A DNA stretch of 64,000 nt from Thermodesulfobacteriota bacterium (GCA_965215275.1 OZ244044.1:1472001-1536000), one strand, 5' to 3'; positions 51,778-64,000 are shown, numbered from the stretch's first letter. Numbers and translations are program-made. Notes: generated by a model from the letters alone, not told the origin.

Positions 51778-51986
51778 ATTTAGCTCAAGGACTGTCAATA
51801 AAATACAATTGAACAGCTGAAAGAGCTAGAGAAAAGAGATGCTCATCCCTGATCAACTGGGGCTGATACCGTTCACATATATTTGTTGTGACGGATATAT
51901 ACAAACAGTTGAAATACCGATCATAAGCAAATAAACTATATCAGTTTACTTATCCCATATTAAAAGATTCGGAGGCCTGATATTCA

Positions 51987-54419
51987 ATGTCAACAGACCC
52001 GCAGATAGTACCTGTAAATATTGAAGATGAAATGAAGGAGTCTTACCTCAGCTACTCGATGAGCGTCATTGTTGGCAGGGCGTTGCCGGACGTAAGGGAC
52101 GGTTTGAAACCGGTGCATCGGAGGATCTTATACGGTATGCACGAAGTCGGGAACGCCTGGAACAAGCCTTATAAGAAATCGGCCAGGATAGTCGGGGACG
52201 TTATGGGTAAGTACCACCCACACGGTGACTCTGCCATCTACGACACACTTGTCCGAATGGCACAGGAATTCTCAATGCGGACGACCCTGGTTGATGGTCA
52301 GGGGAACTTCGGTTCAATAGACGGCGATTCTGCTGCTGCCATGAGATACACCGAGGTTCGGCTGGCTAAAATAACCGGTCAGATGATCGAGGACCTTGAC
52401 AAGGAAACGGTGGATTTTGTTCCAAACTATGATGAAAGTGAATCCGAACCTCTCGTCCTTCCGACGAAAGTGCCTAACCTTTTACTTAACGGTGCCTCTG
52501 GAATTGCAGTGGGAATGTCCACTAATATTCCTCCTCATAACCTTGGTGAACTGGTGAATGCCGTTGTTGCACAGATAAAGAACCCGGCAATTACGACCGC
52601 TGAACTGATGGAGCATCTTCCCGGTCCTGATTTTCCTACGGGAGGTTTTATCCTTGGCAGAGATGACATAAAGTCGGCTTATGAGACCGGCAGAGGTATT
52701 TTACACGTCAGGGCAAAGGCGCGTATAGAAAAGCAGAAGAAGGGAGACAGGGAGATAATAATAGTTTCCGAACTTCCATATCAGGTCAATAAGGCAAAAC
52801 TCGCACAGAGGATAGCCGAGCTTGCCAAGGATGAAAAAATAAAGGGAATATCCGATATAAGGGACGAATCTGACAGGGACGGTATCAGGCTCGTTATAGA
52901 AGTAAAACGGGGAGAGCATTCGGAAGTCGTTTTGAATCAGCTTTACAAATACACCCCGATGCATACTACCTTTGGGGTAATAATGATCGCCCTGGTCAGA
53001 AATCAGCCAAAGGTGCTGTCGCTGAAAGAGTCCATCACACAGTTCATAGATCACAGGAAAGAGGTGATAACCCGCAGAACGCAGTTCAACCTTGCAAAAG
53101 CGGAAGCAAGACTGCATATACTGGAGGGATTAAAAGTAGCTCTTGATAACCTTGACGAGGTTATCAGCCTCATAAGGAAGTCAGAAAATCCCAAGGTCGC
53201 AAAAGACGGACTTATGTCAAAGCTTTCACTGTCCGACCTGCAGGCACAGGCGATCCTCGATATGAGGCTGCAAAGGCTGACCGCTCTTGAAGTTGATAAG
53301 ATAATTGAAGAGAGAAAAGAGGTGATCGCGTTCGTAAAGGAACTGAAGGAGATACTTGGAAGTGAAAAGCTGATACTTAACATCGCAAGGGACGAACTGA
53401 AGGATATCAAGGAACAGTTTGCAGACGAACGTCGTACTGAGATCATAGAGAGCGAAGGAGAAATGTCCATTGAAGATCTGATAGCGGATGAGGACGTCGT
53501 TGTTACCATAACCCGTGAAGGGTACATCAAAACGACCCCACTCAGCGTTTACAGAAGTCAGAGGAGAGGGGGAAAGGGCAGAACCGGTATTACCACGAAG
53601 GATTCGGACTTTGTTGAAAATCTCTTTACGGCCTCAAGACATAATTATGTCCTGTTCTTTTCTAACAAGGGCAGGTGTTACTGGTTAAAGGTGCACGAGA
53701 TACCGGAGTCGGGACCGGCAACAAGGGGTAAGGCGATGGTAAACCTGCTTAATCTGGCAGGCGGCGAGAAGGTAGCGGCAGTGCTGCCGGTGATCAAGTT
53801 TGAGGAAGAAAAATTCATTATAATGGCAACGAAGAAAGGAATAATCAAAAAGACGAAGTTCATGGCTTATTCACGTCCCAGGACAGGTGGGATAATTGCC
53901 ATAAACATAAGGGACCATGATGAACTCATAGGAGTGAAAATAACCAGTGGAGACAACGACGTTCTGCTGACCTCTAAAAATGGACAAGCCGTGAGGTTTA
54001 ACGAGCACGGCGTAAGGGAAGTAGGCAGAACGGCCACGGGGGTTATAGGTATAAGGCTGGATGACAGCGACGAAGTGGTAAGTCTTGAGATAATAGAGGA
54101 CACGAACGCTCAGATACTGACGGTGACCGATATGGGATACGGTAAGAGGACCATCGCGGGCAACTACAGGATCACCAAACGAGGCGGAAAAGGTGTTATG
54201 ACCATTAAAACCACGGACAAGAACGGTAAGGTGGTGTGTGCTTTTCAGGTTACAAAAGATATGGAAGTGATGATAATCACAACTAACGCCGGGAAGGTTA
54301 TAAGGATGAAGGTATCTGAGATAAGTACCTATGGCAGGGTCTCACAGGGACTTAAACTGATCGACCTGGAAAGCGAGGAAAAGGTCGCGGCGGTTGCAAA
54401 GGTTATAGAAAGAGATTAG
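51987..54419 (+). CDS. gyrA: DNA gyrase subunit A
   Basis: [30 protein letters not shown] and GyrA box QRRGGKG. Confidence 0.98.
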   Translation: MSTDPQIVPVNIEDEMKESYLSYSMSVIVGRALPDVRDGLKPVHRRILYGMHEVGNAWNKPYKKSARIVGDVMGKYHPHGDSAIYDTLVRMAQEFSMRTTLVDGQGNFGSIDGDSAAAMRYTEVRLAKITGQMIEDLDKETVDFVPNYDESESEPLVLPTKVPNLLLNGASGIAVGMSTNIPPHNLGELVNAVVAQIKNPAITTAELMEHLPGPDFPTGGFILGRDDIKSAYETGRGILHVRAKARIEKQKKGDREIIIVSELPYQVNKAKLAQRIAELAKDEKIKGISDIRDESDRDGIRLVIEVKRGEHSEVVLNQLYKYTPMHTTFGVIMIALVRNQPKVLSLKESITQFIDHRKEVITRRTQFNLAKAEARLHILEGLKVALDNLDEVISLIRKSENPKVAKDGLMSKLSLSDLQAQAILDMRLQRLTALEVDKIIEERKEVIAFVKELKEILGSEKLILNIARDELKDIKEQFADERRTEIIESEGEMSIEDLIADEDVVVTITREGYIKTTPLSVYRSQRRGGKGRTGITTKDSDFVENLFTASRHNYVLFFSNKGRCYWLKVHEIPESGPATRGKAMVNLLNLAGGEKVAAVLPVIKFEEEKFIIMATKKGIIKKTKFMAYSRPRTGGIIAINIRDHDELIGVKITSGDNDVLLTSKNGQAVRFNEHGVREVGRTATGVIGIRLDDSDEVVSLEIIEDTNAQILTVTDMGYGKRTIAGNYRITKRGGKGVMTIKTTDKNGKVVCAFQVTKDMEVMIITTNAGKVIRMKVSEISTYGRVSQGLKLIDLESEEKVAAVAKVIERD

Positions 54420-54917
54420 ATGATCAGGGAGATTGAAAACTCTTTTATTGATTTTCCCGGCAATAACTGTTTTGCCTGCCATCCGGGTAATTCACACGGT
54501 CTGAAGTTGAAATTTTTTGCAGATGATGAAAAAGACAAGGTGTTCACAAAGATAAAACCGGAACTTCATTTTAACGGGTTTCCCGGCATCCTGCACGGCG
54601 GGATACAATGTGCGGTCGTTGATGAAACTGCCTACTGGGCAATGTTCGACAAGGTAAAAAAGATCGGTCTTACTGCGAAGATAGACCTTAAATATCTGTC
54701 TCCCGTGCCTATGAACGTTGAACTTGAAGTCAGTGCGAAGGTCAAGGAAATTAACAATAGAAGGGTAATGGTGGATACCGTGATCACGGGTGAAGGCTCA
54801 GAGGTCCTTACACAGGCGGACGTGCTTTATTTCCTGCCGAATAAAAAAGTCCTGTTCAAGGTCTTCAGCGAGGACAGTTTTAAAAAAGACAAGTTCCGCA
54901 GCTATATCATGGAGTAG
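54420..54917 (+). CDS. PaaI-family thioesterase
   Basis: CFAC...N..GL and GILHGGIQCAVVDE hotdog-fold motifs. Confidence 0.85.
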   Translation: MIREIENSFIDFPGNNCFACHPGNSHGLKLKFFADDEKDKVFTKIKPELHFNGFPGILHGGIQCAVVDETAYWAMFDKVKKIGLTAKIDLKYLSPVPMNVELEVSAKVKEINNRRVMVDTVITGEGSEVLTQADVLYFLPNKKVLFKVFSEDSFKKDKFRSYIME

Positions 54918-54957
54918 AGAAAAACAGTTTAACTGCGTATTTTATATGAGGCTGAAG

Positions 54958-55563
54958 ATGAAACTGTATGACCACCCGCTTTCGGGAAATTGCTATAAAG
55001 TCAGATTACTGCTGTCGCATTTAAACGTTGACTATGAAAAGGTAACGGTTGATATATTTAAGGGTGAGCACAAAAGTGCCGGTTTTGCAAAACTGAACCC
55101 CAATCAGAAGATACCTGTCCTGATCGATGGAGACCAAGCTATATGGGAATCCAACGCTGTTTTGCTGTATCTGGCAAAGAAGTATTATCCAAATGACTAT
55201 TTTTCAGAAGACCCGTTGAACTTCGGTTTAATATCGCAGTGGCTTATTTTTGGAAAGACCTCGATCGATCCGTATCTTGCCGTTTCAAGATACTTTCTGA
55301 AGTTCCTCGGAGAGGGAAACTATGATAAGCAGCACCTGAAGACCTTACACGGTCAAGGGAACCAGTCTCTCAAGATCATAAGTGAACACCTGTCAGGTAA
55401 TGATTTTCTTGCCGGTAATTATTCCATTGCTGATATCGCCTGCTATCCCTACGTGATGCTCTCGGGCGAGGGAGGTTTTGATCTTTCCAAGTACCCGGCG
55501 GTTAAAAACTGGTGCAGAAGAATAGAAAACCAGCCGGGCTTTATAAGTTTTGAAAGTGAATAA
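54958..55563 (+). CDS. Glutathione S-transferase
   Basis: SGNCYKVRL, LNPNQKIPVL, WESNAVLLYLA and SIADIA motifs; start shortened from the track ORF. Confidence 0.92.
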   Translation: MKLYDHPLSGNCYKVRLLLSHLNVDYEKVTVDIFKGEHKSAGFAKLNPNQKIPVLIDGDQAIWESNAVLLYLAKKYYPNDYFSEDPLNFGLISQWLIFGKTSIDPYLAVSRYFLKFLGEGNYDKQHLKTLHGQGNQSLKIISEHLSGNDFLAGNYSIADIACYPYVMLSGEGGFDLSKYPAVKNWCRRIENQPGFISFESE

Positions 55564-55816
55564 GGCTGGTATCCTGTCCGCTATATCAGTGCGAACTGGT
55601 ATCTGAAAGTATCTTTCTGAAGATTAGATCGCAGGTTGAGTTTACTTAAATGAGCAGTAACGTTTCCTGACACGGCTTCCATCACCGTCAGTAAAGGTCC
55701 AAAGCAGTTTTAATGCTGTTATTTATCGGAGACTTGTTTAAAACCGTGCGGTATTGAATCTGGTCTGCTTGACTGTATGGTTATATTTAAGTGACAATAG
55801 ATGTTTTGCTTGAGCA

Positions 55817-56239
55817 ATGGTCAGGAAACTTAAAAAGAATATGAAAAGCAAGGCAGGGGTGGTACTGTATAAAAAAAGCGGTAACGGAGATATAGGGGTT
55901 TTGCTGATAAGTGCAAGAAGGTATAAAAATTCCTGGGTATTTCCCGTTGGAACGGTTGAAGAGCATGAAACCCTTCAGGTGGCAGCTGCCAGAGAATGTA
56001 AGGAAGAAAGCGGTTATGTAGTTGAAATAGAGGATGAGGTCGGTACGGTCAAGACCTTGAACAAAGATGGGGAAAATTATTATACGTTTTATAAAGCTGG
56101 AGTTTTGCATAAAACGGACGAGTATGAAAAAGACAGAACGATCAAGTGGGTAAAGCTGGACGAACTTCCGGGTACCGTTGCTGAGGTTTTTCGCCCAATT
56201 GCAGATGCTTTTATCAAAGGACTGAAGCAGGTTCAGTGA
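55817..56239 (+). CDS. NUDIX hydrolase
   Basis: Nudix box GTVEEHETLQVAAARECKEESG. Confidence 0.88.
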   Translation: MVRKLKKNMKSKAGVVLYKKSGNGDIGVLLISARRYKNSWVFPVGTVEEHETLQVAAARECKEESGYVVEIEDEVGTVKTLNKDGENYYTFYKAGVLHKTDEYEKDRTIKWVKLDELPGTVAEVFRPIADAFIKGLKQVQ

Positions 56240-56273
56240 AGCAGGATTATAGTAAGTTGTATCGGAGATTTTT

Positions 56274-57041
56274 ATGAAAGATCTATATTCTTCAATTGCG
56301 CATATTTTCAGAGATCTAAGGGTGACCGATTCTGAACCGGTTCTCTATATGAAGGACAGGTTGGAAGACCTTGACACGATAAACGCGGCTGACGTAGGTG
56401 CAGGTGCAGGAAGGTATGCAAAACTGTTGTTTGAGCATATAGGAAACGAAAGGTTGTTCCTAAGCTGTTTTGACACGAACGAGTACATGCTGAAAAGCCT
56501 TGAACTTTATTTAAAAGATAACGACATATCTAATTTTGCTGCAAGGATCGCAGCTGCCGAGGAGATGCCCCTGAGAGATAAGGAGCTTGATTGTATATTT
56601 TCATTTAACTCCATTCATCATTTTAATTTTTATAAGTTCTTTGACGAGGTAAACAGGGTACTGAAAGAAAGAGGGCTGATATTCATTTACTCCAGAACGA
56701 GGACAGAAAATAAACAAAGTATATGGGGACGCTATTTTCCTCTTTTTGTAAAAAAGGAGTCCAGACTCTATGAACCAGACGAGTTTGCTTTTAAGCTCGA
56801 GAGAGTTGCTGGTCTTAAGCTGCTGGAGATAAAAACCTTCAGTTTCAAGAGAAAAGATACCATAGAAGGTCTTGTTGACAGGGCGTCAAGCAGGCACTAC
56901 TCTGCATTTTTTCTGTATGAGCAGAGAGAGTTTGATGAGGCATTGAGAGTTTTTGAATCAAAACTCAGGGAAAACTACCCTGACCCCAATAATATTGAAT
57001 GGGTGGATGAAAAGGTCCTGTTCACGGTCAGAAAATCATAA
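56274..57041 (+). CDS. Class I SAM-dependent methyltransferase
   Basis: DVGAGAGR, AEEMP and IHHF...RVLK..G motifs. Confidence 0.88.
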   Translation: MKDLYSSIAHIFRDLRVTDSEPVLYMKDRLEDLDTINAADVGAGAGRYAKLLFEHIGNERLFLSCFDTNEYMLKSLELYLKDNDISNFAARIAAAEEMPLRDKELDCIFSFNSIHHFNFYKFFDEVNRVLKERGLIFIYSRTRTENKQSIWGRYFPLFVKKESRLYEPDEFAFKLERVAGLKLLEIKTFSFKRKDTIEGLVDRASSRHYSAFFLYEQREFDEALRVFESKLRENYPDPNNIEWVDEKVLFTVRKS

Positions 57042-57188
57042 TGAATATCTGTTTTGCCGGACCCGTCAGAGAAAGTCTGGATGACACGGGGCTGTTGAAA
57101 GACGCGGCAGGGTTTTTAGCTGATCGAATAAAACCAGTTTTATTATGGCCGGGATAAGCACGCCAGTTGCGAAGCTGGTAGTTTAGAA

Positions 57189-57261
57189 AGGGCGATGGGG
57201 GATTCGAACCCCCGACCTCTGGCTCCGGAGGCCAGCGCTCTATCCACTGAGCTAATCACCC
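57189..57261 (-). tRNA. tRNA-Arg(CCG)
   Basis: Minus strand GGGTGATTAGCTCAGTGGATAGAGCGCTGGCCTCCGGAGCCAGAGGTCGGGGGTTCGAATCCCCCATCGCCCT. Confidence 0.96.
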
Positions 57262-58070
57262 GAAATTTTCAGATTCAGTTCTTTCATTACCAGTTTTATA
57301 TCTTCCCATACGGGTTTTCTGAAATTAGGGTTGCGCAAGATCGCTGCAGGATGATAAGTGATCATCAGTTTGGAATTTCCGTATTCATGGAACTGTCCCC
57401 TTAGGTCCCCCATGCGAGGATTTTTTAATTGAAGCAATAAACTTGTTGCCACGCTTCCAAGACAGACTATAACCTCGGGGTCGATTGCTCTTATCTGCTT
57501 CAGCAGAAATGGTCTGCATGCCGCTACTTCATCGGCTTCAGGATTTCTGTTTTCAGGTGGTCTGCATTTTACAACGTTACATATATATACGTCCTGTCTG
57601 TCTAATCCCATTGCTGCAATGATCTTTGTCAGCAGCTTTCCTGCACGTCCGACAAATGGCTTGCCCTGAATGTCTTCGTCCCTGCCAGGCCCCTCTCCCA
57701 CAAAAACAAGTTTTGCATTTGGATTACCATCTCCAAATACAATATTAGTTCTGCCCTCGTGAAGTTTGCACCTTGTGCATTCACCAAGTTCGTTCCTTAT
57801 TTCCTCAAGCGTCTGTTTTGTACCTGATTCAAAAATATCCGGCTGATTGGCAGTTCTTATGATCGTTTTTCTTTCCATTCTTTCCGTTTTACTGGCTGGT
57901 TCGGCAAGTGTTTTTACGCTCTTTTTTGTGGTAATGGTTCTGTCAGTTGTTCCGTCCGGCTTTTTAATTGGAGGATCGATCGATATCCTTTCAACACCTA
58001 TCTGTCTTTGATATTTCAGATACTCCCTGAAATGATCTAAAATGTTGAGAATATTTTGCTTATCGTTCAT
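57252..58070 (-). CDS. Family 4 uracil-DNA glycosylase
   Basis: CTRC, GEGPG, PFVGRAG, NVVKCRPPENR and TYHPAA motifs. Confidence 0.93.
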   Translation of the reverse strand: MNDKQNILNILDHFREYLKYQRQIGVERISIDPPIKKPDGTTDRTITTKKSVKTLAEPASKTERMERKTIIRTANQPDIFESGTKQTLEEIRNELGECTRCKLHEGRTNIVFGDGNPNAKLVFVGEGPGRDEDIQGKPFVGRAGKLLTKIIAAMGLDRQDVYICNVVKCRPPENRNPEADEVAACRPFLLKQIRAIDPEVIVCLGSVATSLLLQLKNPRMGDLRGQFHEYGNSKLMITYHPAAILRNPNFRKPVWEDIKLVMKELNLKISGD

Positions 58071-58177
58071 AGCTTTATATACAGGGGTCTGCTTGCAACT
58101 GGACTGACTTCATTTAGAATAGTATGCCTGATCCAGTACATATCCAACCTTAGGTCTCTGTACAGGAATAATGATAC

Positions 58178-60640
58178 ATGAAGAAGGAATATAAACCACA
58201 GAATATAGAATCAAAGTGGCAGGATGAATGGGAAAAGCGGAAGGTGTATAAAGTGGACGAGGTCCCTGATAAAGAAAAATATTACGTTCTTGAAATGTTT
58301 CCCTATCCTTCCGGCAGAATTCACATGGGACACGTAAGGAATTACACTATAGGGGACGTTGTTGCACGTTATAAAAGGGCACAGGGGTATAACGTTCTTC
58401 ATCCGATAGGATGGGACGCTTTTGGTCTGCCTGCCGAGAATGCAGCTATACAGAACGGGGTACATCCTGCCAAATGGACCTATGAAAATATTTCTCAGAT
58501 GGGCAGACAGCTTAAAAGGCTCGGATTTAGCTACGACTGGTCAAGAGAAATTGCAACCTGTGACCCCGATTATTACAGGTGGGAGCAGTGGCTTTTCACA
58601 AAACTTTATGAGAAAGACCTGGTTTATAAGAAAACCTCTTATGTGAACTGGGACCCAGTTGATCAGACGGTACTTGCTAATGAGCAGGTCATTGATGGCA
58701 AAGGCTGGAGGTCAGGAGCCGTCGTTGAGAGAAAAGAAATCCCGCAGTGGTTTTTAAAGATCACTGACTATGCCGAGGAGTTACTGACCGATATAGAGAA
58801 GTTGCCGGGATGGCCGGACGCCGTTAAAACAATGCAGTCTAACTGGATAGGCAGATCAGTGGGGATCGAGGCATTGTTCAGAATTGAGGAACTGGATTAT
58901 GACCTGATGATATTTACCACTCGTCCTGACACGATAATGGGGGTTACCTATCTTGCCGTTGCCCCGGAGCATCCTCTTGCGAAAAAGGTCGCGGAAAAAA
59001 ATAGTGAAGTATCTGAGTTTATCGATGAGTGCACCAGGTCTGCTTTTTCTGAATCTGATATGGATGCCGTGGAGAAAAAAGGACTGAATCTTGACGTTGA
59101 GGCGGTTCATCCGGTAAGCGGGGACAGCATCCCTGTGTACGTTGCTAATTTTGTGTTAATGAACTACGGTACCGGTGCCGTTATGTCGGTTCCCGGTCAT
59201 GATCAGAGAGATTGGGAATTTGCAAGGAAGTATGGACTTCCCGTAAAGCAGGTCGTTTATCCAAAGAACGGCACTGAGTTCAGTATCGAAGAAGGAGCGT
59301 TCATTGAAAAAGGGATATTGCAAAACTCCGGCCAGTTCGATGGACAGACTTCCGAAGAGGCTTTTGAATCAATAGCGGAGTATCTGGAAAAAGAAGGAAA
59401 AGGAAGGAAAAAGTTAAACTATCGTCTCAGGGACTGGGGGATCTCAAGGCAGAGATACTGGGGAGCACCGATACCTGTTGTTTATTGTGATAAATGCGGT
59501 GAGATCCCGGTTCCGGATGATCAGTTACCCGTTAAGCTGCCAATGGATATCGACGTACAGGGAAGTCAGATCCCCTCTCTGTCAAAGATAGAGGATTTTA
59601 AAAAGACCGAATGTCCAAAATGTAAAGGCAAGGCTCAAAGAGAGACCGACACCATGGATACGTTCGTTGAGTCTTCGTGGTATTTTTTCCGTTATGTCTC
59701 CCCTGAATATAGAAAGGGGATGTTTGACGGGAAAAAGGTTGATCACTGGCTTCCCGTTGACCAGTACATTGGAGGTATAGAGCATGCGATACTTCATCTG
59801 CTTTACTCCAGGTTTTTCACAAAGGTTATCAGGGACCTTGGATTGATCGACCTGGATGAACCTTTTAAAGATCTTTTAACTCAGGGAATGGTAATAAAAG
59901 ATGGTGCAAAAATGTCCAAGTCGCTGGGCAACGTTGTTGATCCGGACGATATGATAGAAAAGTACGGGGCCGATACTATAAGGGTCTTTATGCTTTTTGC
60001 CTCTCCTGTTAACAGGGACCTTGAGTGGAGCGACGAAGGGATCGAAGGAAGTTTCAGGTTCCTGGGAAGGGTCTGGAGATTGATCCAGAATGCTACAGGG
60101 CAAATTCCCCCGGCTACCTGTGAGCCTTCCGACCTTGATCAGTTATCCAAGGAGGCAGGCCTTCTTTTGACCAAGACCCACAGAACAGTAAAAAAGGTAA
60201 CTCAGGACTTTGATAGATTTCAGTTCAACACCGCTATTGCGGCAATGATGGAACTGGTAAACGAACTTTACAAGATGGAATTAAAAAATGACATCGACAG
60301 GGCGGTTTTCAGATTTTCGGTTAAATCGCTGATAAGGATGCTGTATCCCATAGCACCTCACATTGCCGAGGAACTGTGGCAGATAATGGAAAATGAGAAC
60401 GACCTTGTTGATACCGAATGGCTCAGATGGGAGGAATCGCTGACCCAGTCCGATGAAATAAGCGTAGTTATTCAAGTCAATGGCAAGGTAAGGAACCATA
60501 TAAGTATATCCTCGGATTGCGACAGGGAGGAGATGGAGCAGGCGGCACTGAACGATGACAAGGTACAGAGATATATAAAAGGTAAACAGGTCCGCAGAGT
60601 AGTGGTAGTGCCTAAAAAACTCGTTAATGTCGTTGTTTAG
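58178..60640 (+). CDS. leuS: Leucine--tRNA ligase
   Basis: MFPYPSG, HMGH, FTTRPDT and KMSKS motifs. Confidence 0.98.
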   Translation: MKKEYKPQNIESKWQDEWEKRKVYKVDEVPDKEKYYVLEMFPYPSGRIHMGHVRNYTIGDVVARYKRAQGYNVLHPIGWDAFGLPAENAAIQNGVHPAKWTYENISQMGRQLKRLGFSYDWSREIATCDPDYYRWEQWLFTKLYEKDLVYKKTSYVNWDPVDQTVLANEQVIDGKGWRSGAVVERKEIPQWFLKITDYAEELLTDIEKLPGWPDAVKTMQSNWIGRSVGIEALFRIEELDYDLMIFTTRPDTIMGVTYLAVAPEHPLAKKVAEKNSEVSEFIDECTRSAFSESDMDAVEKKGLNLDVEAVHPVSGDSIPVYVANFVLMNYGTGAVMSVPGHDQRDWEFARKYGLPVKQVVYPKNGTEFSIEEGAFIEKGILQNSGQFDGQTSEEAFESIAEYLEKEGKGRKKLNYRLRDWGISRQRYWGAPIPVVYCDKCGEIPVPDDQLPVKLPMDIDVQGSQIPSLSKIEDFKKTECPKCKGKAQRETDTMDTFVESSWYFFRYVSPEYRKGMFDGKKVDHWLPVDQYIGGIEHAILHLLYSRFFTKVIRDLGLIDLDEPFKDLLTQGMVIKDGAKMSKSLGNVVDPDDMIEKYGADTIRVFMLFASPVNRDLEWSDEGIEGSFRFLGRVWRLIQNATGQIPPATCEPSDLDQLSKEAGLLLTKTHRTVKKVTQDFDRFQFNTAIAAMMELVNELYKMELKNDIDRAVFRFSVKSLIRMLYPIAPHIAEELWQIMENENDLVDTEWLRWEESLTQSDEISVVIQVNGKVRNHISISSDCDREEMEQAALNDDKVQRYIKGKQVRRVVVVPKKLVNVVV

Positions 60641-60779
60641 GAGCTGAGAGTTGCAAAGGCGCAGTTGCTGATTACTAAGAAGATGAAGTATGATGGGCAG
60701 TATACGTAAAGATTGGAAATTATATACAATAGTAAACAAGGTATCAACGGGAACAGTATAACGTGTAGAGATAGTCAAG

Positions 60780-61495
60780 GTCTTCACTTGATAAACCGGC
60801 AGTTTGATTTATGGAGATGTTCGCTGGTGAGAGATCAGTGGGAAAACGGTTTGAAAGGCCGTTGTGTAGAGACGGGAGATATTGGCGTCATTGCGTCAGT
60901 GTCCGAAGTGGCAGTATAACAGCAACGGGCAATATATCGTTCAGGAAAAGGTTATTGGCAATATACCTGATAACTGCAGACTTAAAGGTATTATCCGGTC
61001 GTAAAACGGGAAGGTATACGGGAACTGTGCAAAGACAACTTGGTTTTGCTGCACGGGACAAGAAAGGCGTTTGAAGAGTAGTCAGATAATCCCTTACTGT
61101 CTCCAACAGAGGCAGGTGAAGTTCTATGTTGGCGGGGGTGGAAAAGAACGAACATGCCAGTAAAGCAAAGGAGGGAATACAAGGGAGAAGCACAAAGGAA
61201 AAGTCATCATCAGCAGGTATAAGATTAGGAGCAGACAGGAGGGTCAGGGTAAAGGCAACTGAAGCCATAAAAAGTGAGGCATCATAAGGTATGACGGACG
61301 GAAGTGCAGGTCTATATCAAAAGGGCAGAAAGTTTCCGGTCCGCGTTGCAAGAGATTTTGCAGGCGTGTATCACAAGATGTCAGGGAAACGTTTACAAAG
61401 ATGTACAGATGAGCATGCAGGAAGGCGTAACAACGGAGCATTACCGACCGTGGATCAGATCAAAGACGTGATCAGGGGATCGTGTGGCAAGAGAG
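60780..61495 (+). pseudogene. Decayed IS1595 transposase
   Basis: Frameshifted fragments match the intact transposase: LLAIYLITADLK vs LMAIYLLNTNLK; SDNPLLSP; GIQGRSTK; GVYHKMSGKRLQRCTDEHAGRRNNGALPTVDQIKDVI vs GIYHFMSRKHLQRYVDEYAGRHNNRPLPTMDQIKKVI. Confidence 0.88.
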
Positions 61496-61569
61496 ATCAG
61501 ATACTGCTGATGAATGGTCCGTGTATCCTGAATATCTTTATCATTGAAAAACAGAGAAAGAAGTTATAC

Positions 61570-61598
61570 TTGACATTACATCAGAACGGAAGTAAAAT
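61570..61598 (+). promoter_or_regulatory. Sigma70-type promoter of copy 6
   Basis: TTGACA-17nt-TAAAAT. Confidence 0.75.
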
Positions 61599-61608
61599 AT
61601 AAAAATGT

Positions 61609-64000
61609 ATGAAAAACATGATGGACTCTATCCCCCCCCCCCCCGTCAATATAGTAGTTTAACGGGCAGTTCCCGCCGGAACGGCAGGAACCTTGTACTT
61701 TCCCTTGTCCTTTTTCTTCTGTGCATAATGATCACTGTTGCAGAGGGACAGGACAGCGTAAATGATCCGTTCTCCGAATGCAGGGTTATCAGTGCAGACG
61801 CGGAAGATCCGCTGTACGGATGTCAGTGGCATCTGAAGAACACGGGGCAGCTTGGTTTTTCCGGAAAAGCAGTAACAGCAGGAGAAGATATAAACGTAGA
61901 GGGAGTGTGGAACGAAGACGTATATGGTTCTGGAATTAACGTAGCAATAGTAAGTGACGGTATTGACCTTTCACATGAGGACCTTTCTGCTAAGGTCCGT
62001 TCCGGACTGAACTGGAGTTATTTTGAAAGAAATAATTCTGAAGAGAACAGTTCTGAAAAATATAATTCAGAAAGAGATGATCATTCAGACGGTTCATCCT
62101 TTACCGGAACACGAGCGGCAGGAGTAATTGCAGCAACTGGATATAACGGACTGGGAGTAAGAGGAACAGCACCTGGTGCGAGTATATACAGTTACAGGTT
62201 ATCCGGTGATCTCAGTGAAGCTGACGCAATGGTCCGTAATAAAGAAATAACCGCTGTATCGGTTAACGGCCGGGTATCTGAGGACGGAGCTTTTTTTCAG
62301 GAGGCTTCATCTGTCTGGGAAGAAGGATTGGATACGGGAATAAGGGAAGGGTTTTATGGGAAAGGTGTGTTTTACGTCTGGGGAGCAGGGGACGGTCACG
62401 AGAATAACGATCAGGCTAATTTTAATGAATATTCCAGCTATTACGGAGTAACAGCCGTTTGTTCAACGGACGGCTTTGGAAAGAAGAGTATATTTTCAGA
62501 AGAGGGAGTAAATCTCTGGGTATGTGCACCTGGTTCTGATATTGTGACCACAGATAACAACAACGATTACGTTGTAACATCCGGAACTGTCCTTTCAGCT
62601 TCACAGGTTGGAGGAGTGGCTGCACTGCTGAGAGAGGTTAATGGAAATCTGAGCTGGAGGGATATAAAGCTTATACTTGCGGGTTCAGCAAGGCAGAACG
62701 ACGTTTCTGACATGAGCTGGGAGACTGGAGCGGTTAAATACGGTTCTGACGTGGAAAGATATAATTATAATCCTAAGTATGGTTTTGGCGTGGTAGACGC
62801 AGAAGCAGCCGCAGAGCTTGCCGGAAGCTGGAAAGGCATCGGAGAGATGAGGACCATTACAGCTTCTTCCGATAATGAACTGACAATTCCTGATGGAGAA
62901 GGAGAAGCAGATGGAATACTTACCTCCACACTTGTGATACCGGACGTGGAGGAAATATTTACGGAATTCGTTGAGGTAGAACTTGTTTTTTCTCATGACC
63001 GCTTGCAGGACCTTGATATAAAAATAACCTCTCCTTCCGGGACAGTTTCTGAACTTGTCCGGGAATTTTCAGGTGAGGAAGAAGACGCTGAGATCAGTTA
63101 TGTAAGAAGAACACATCGTTTCGGGTCGGCTAAACACCTCGGAGAAGACCCTTCCGGTGAATGGACCCTTGATATATCCGATACTGCTTCCGGAGATGAA
63201 GCAGATGAAGAAAATACTTTTACCTTACACTCCTGGAGCATTAAGGTATACGGGAATTTTTATCAAGGACCTGGCAGGGAGATAACTACTAAAGCTTTAA
63301 ATTGGGGCGGACAGACAGTTCAGGATCAGGTGTACAGAGTAGGAACTCAGATAGCACCGTTACAGCTGCCTGAGGCGACCGGGGCAGAAGGAATAACGTA
63401 CAGTATGACACCTGATTTACCTGCTGGGCTGGAGTTTAACGATACCACCCGGGTTATAAGCGGAACCCCAACTAAATCGCAGTCTAATGAACGTTATCAA
63501 ATTGTTGCCAGAGACGAAAATGGAAACGTGAAGGGTTTAGCGTTCCATATAAGGGTAAGGTTCCGTAACTCCACAATACCGAGTTTCAGCGATACCATCC
63601 CGGATCAGAACTACGTAACGGGGAGAGAAATAACGCCACTGGTGTTCCCTAGTGCAACGGGAGGGGATGGTCAGTTAAGGTACACTTTTAACGGCACTTT
63701 AACTAACTTACCAAATGGATTGAGACTTACCAGTGATCCGTTCAGGATAAGAGGAACACCAGGTAGTGGTAGTGCGGGGACAAGTACCTGGCAATATACC
63801 GCTACTGACTCAGACGGGGATACTGCTACACTTGAGTTCAGGATAAGGATAAAAGCTGCAGCTGACGTTCCGAGCTTCGGCGGTCAGATGATAGATGATA
63901 AGTTTTATACGGCAATGGTTCAAATATCACCATTCACGCTACCTCTTGCAACGCAAGGAACTGGAATTACACTCAGGTTAACCCCTAATTTACCTGATGG
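61609..64000 (+). CDS. S8-like pseudoprotease copy 6 (runs off the window; absent from the ORF track), at least three Ig-like repeats
   Basis: LVLSLVLFLLCIM signal, DPLYGCQWHL, VAIVSDG, TGTRAAG, SGTVLSAS (Ser->Val), P domain; C13 at 61632-61644 puts the homologous ATG 61609 out of frame, though ATG 61605 is in frame. Confidence 0.85.

Noticed and set aside
57195..57404. 69-aa ORF MGDSNPRPLAPEASALSTEL
   Set aside because: Antisense shadow of tRNA-Arg.
60713..61602. Several short ORFs after leuS as genes
   Set aside because: Fragments or shadows of the decayed IS1595 transposase.
61605..61644. ATG 61605 as the start of copy 6, which would make it ON
   Set aside because: Not excluded, but it is only 6 nt after the -10 box, whereas ATG 61609 (MKN..) matches the spacing and sequence of the other copies. 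The state of copy 6 is uncertain.

Overview
Bacterial chromosomal segment of moderate GC, with a Gram-negative, deltaproteobacteria/Dadabacteria-like gene set (taxon is inference only). The housekeeping backbone includes ispD/ispF, purB, cysS, nth, nuoJKL, glnB-glnA, rnc, ntrB/ntrC-like, hom, coaD, rsmD, gyrA, leuS, tRNA-Ala(GGC) and tRNA-Arg(CCG). About a quarter of the window (~15.5 kb) is six dispersed, co-oriented paralogs of a surface protein: signal peptide, kexin/subtilisin (S8) domain, P domain, 0-6 Ig-like repeats, and a GGGC-TM-basic C-terminal sorting tail. All six lack the catalytic His and Ser, so they appear to be pseudoproteases. Each has the same TTGACA/TAAAAT promoter with an ATG 9-10 nt downstream, and one or two poly-C tracts (C8-C13) near the 5' end. 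From that ATG, copies 1 and 3 are in frame. Copies 2, 4 and 6 are one C out of frame, and copy 5 is one C out at each of its two tracts. This looks like a phase-variable, recombining repertoire of surface pseudoproteases. The family is entangled with IS1595-type elements: copy 4 lies between TIRs with an 8-bp TSD, and copy 6 follows a decayed IS1595 transposase. Separately, an intact IS1595 element carries a probable restriction-modification pair, and a MITE-like derivative carries a poly-C-frameshifted DNA methyltransferase fragment. All calls are by eye, without database searches. Homopolymer lengths could be assembly artefacts.
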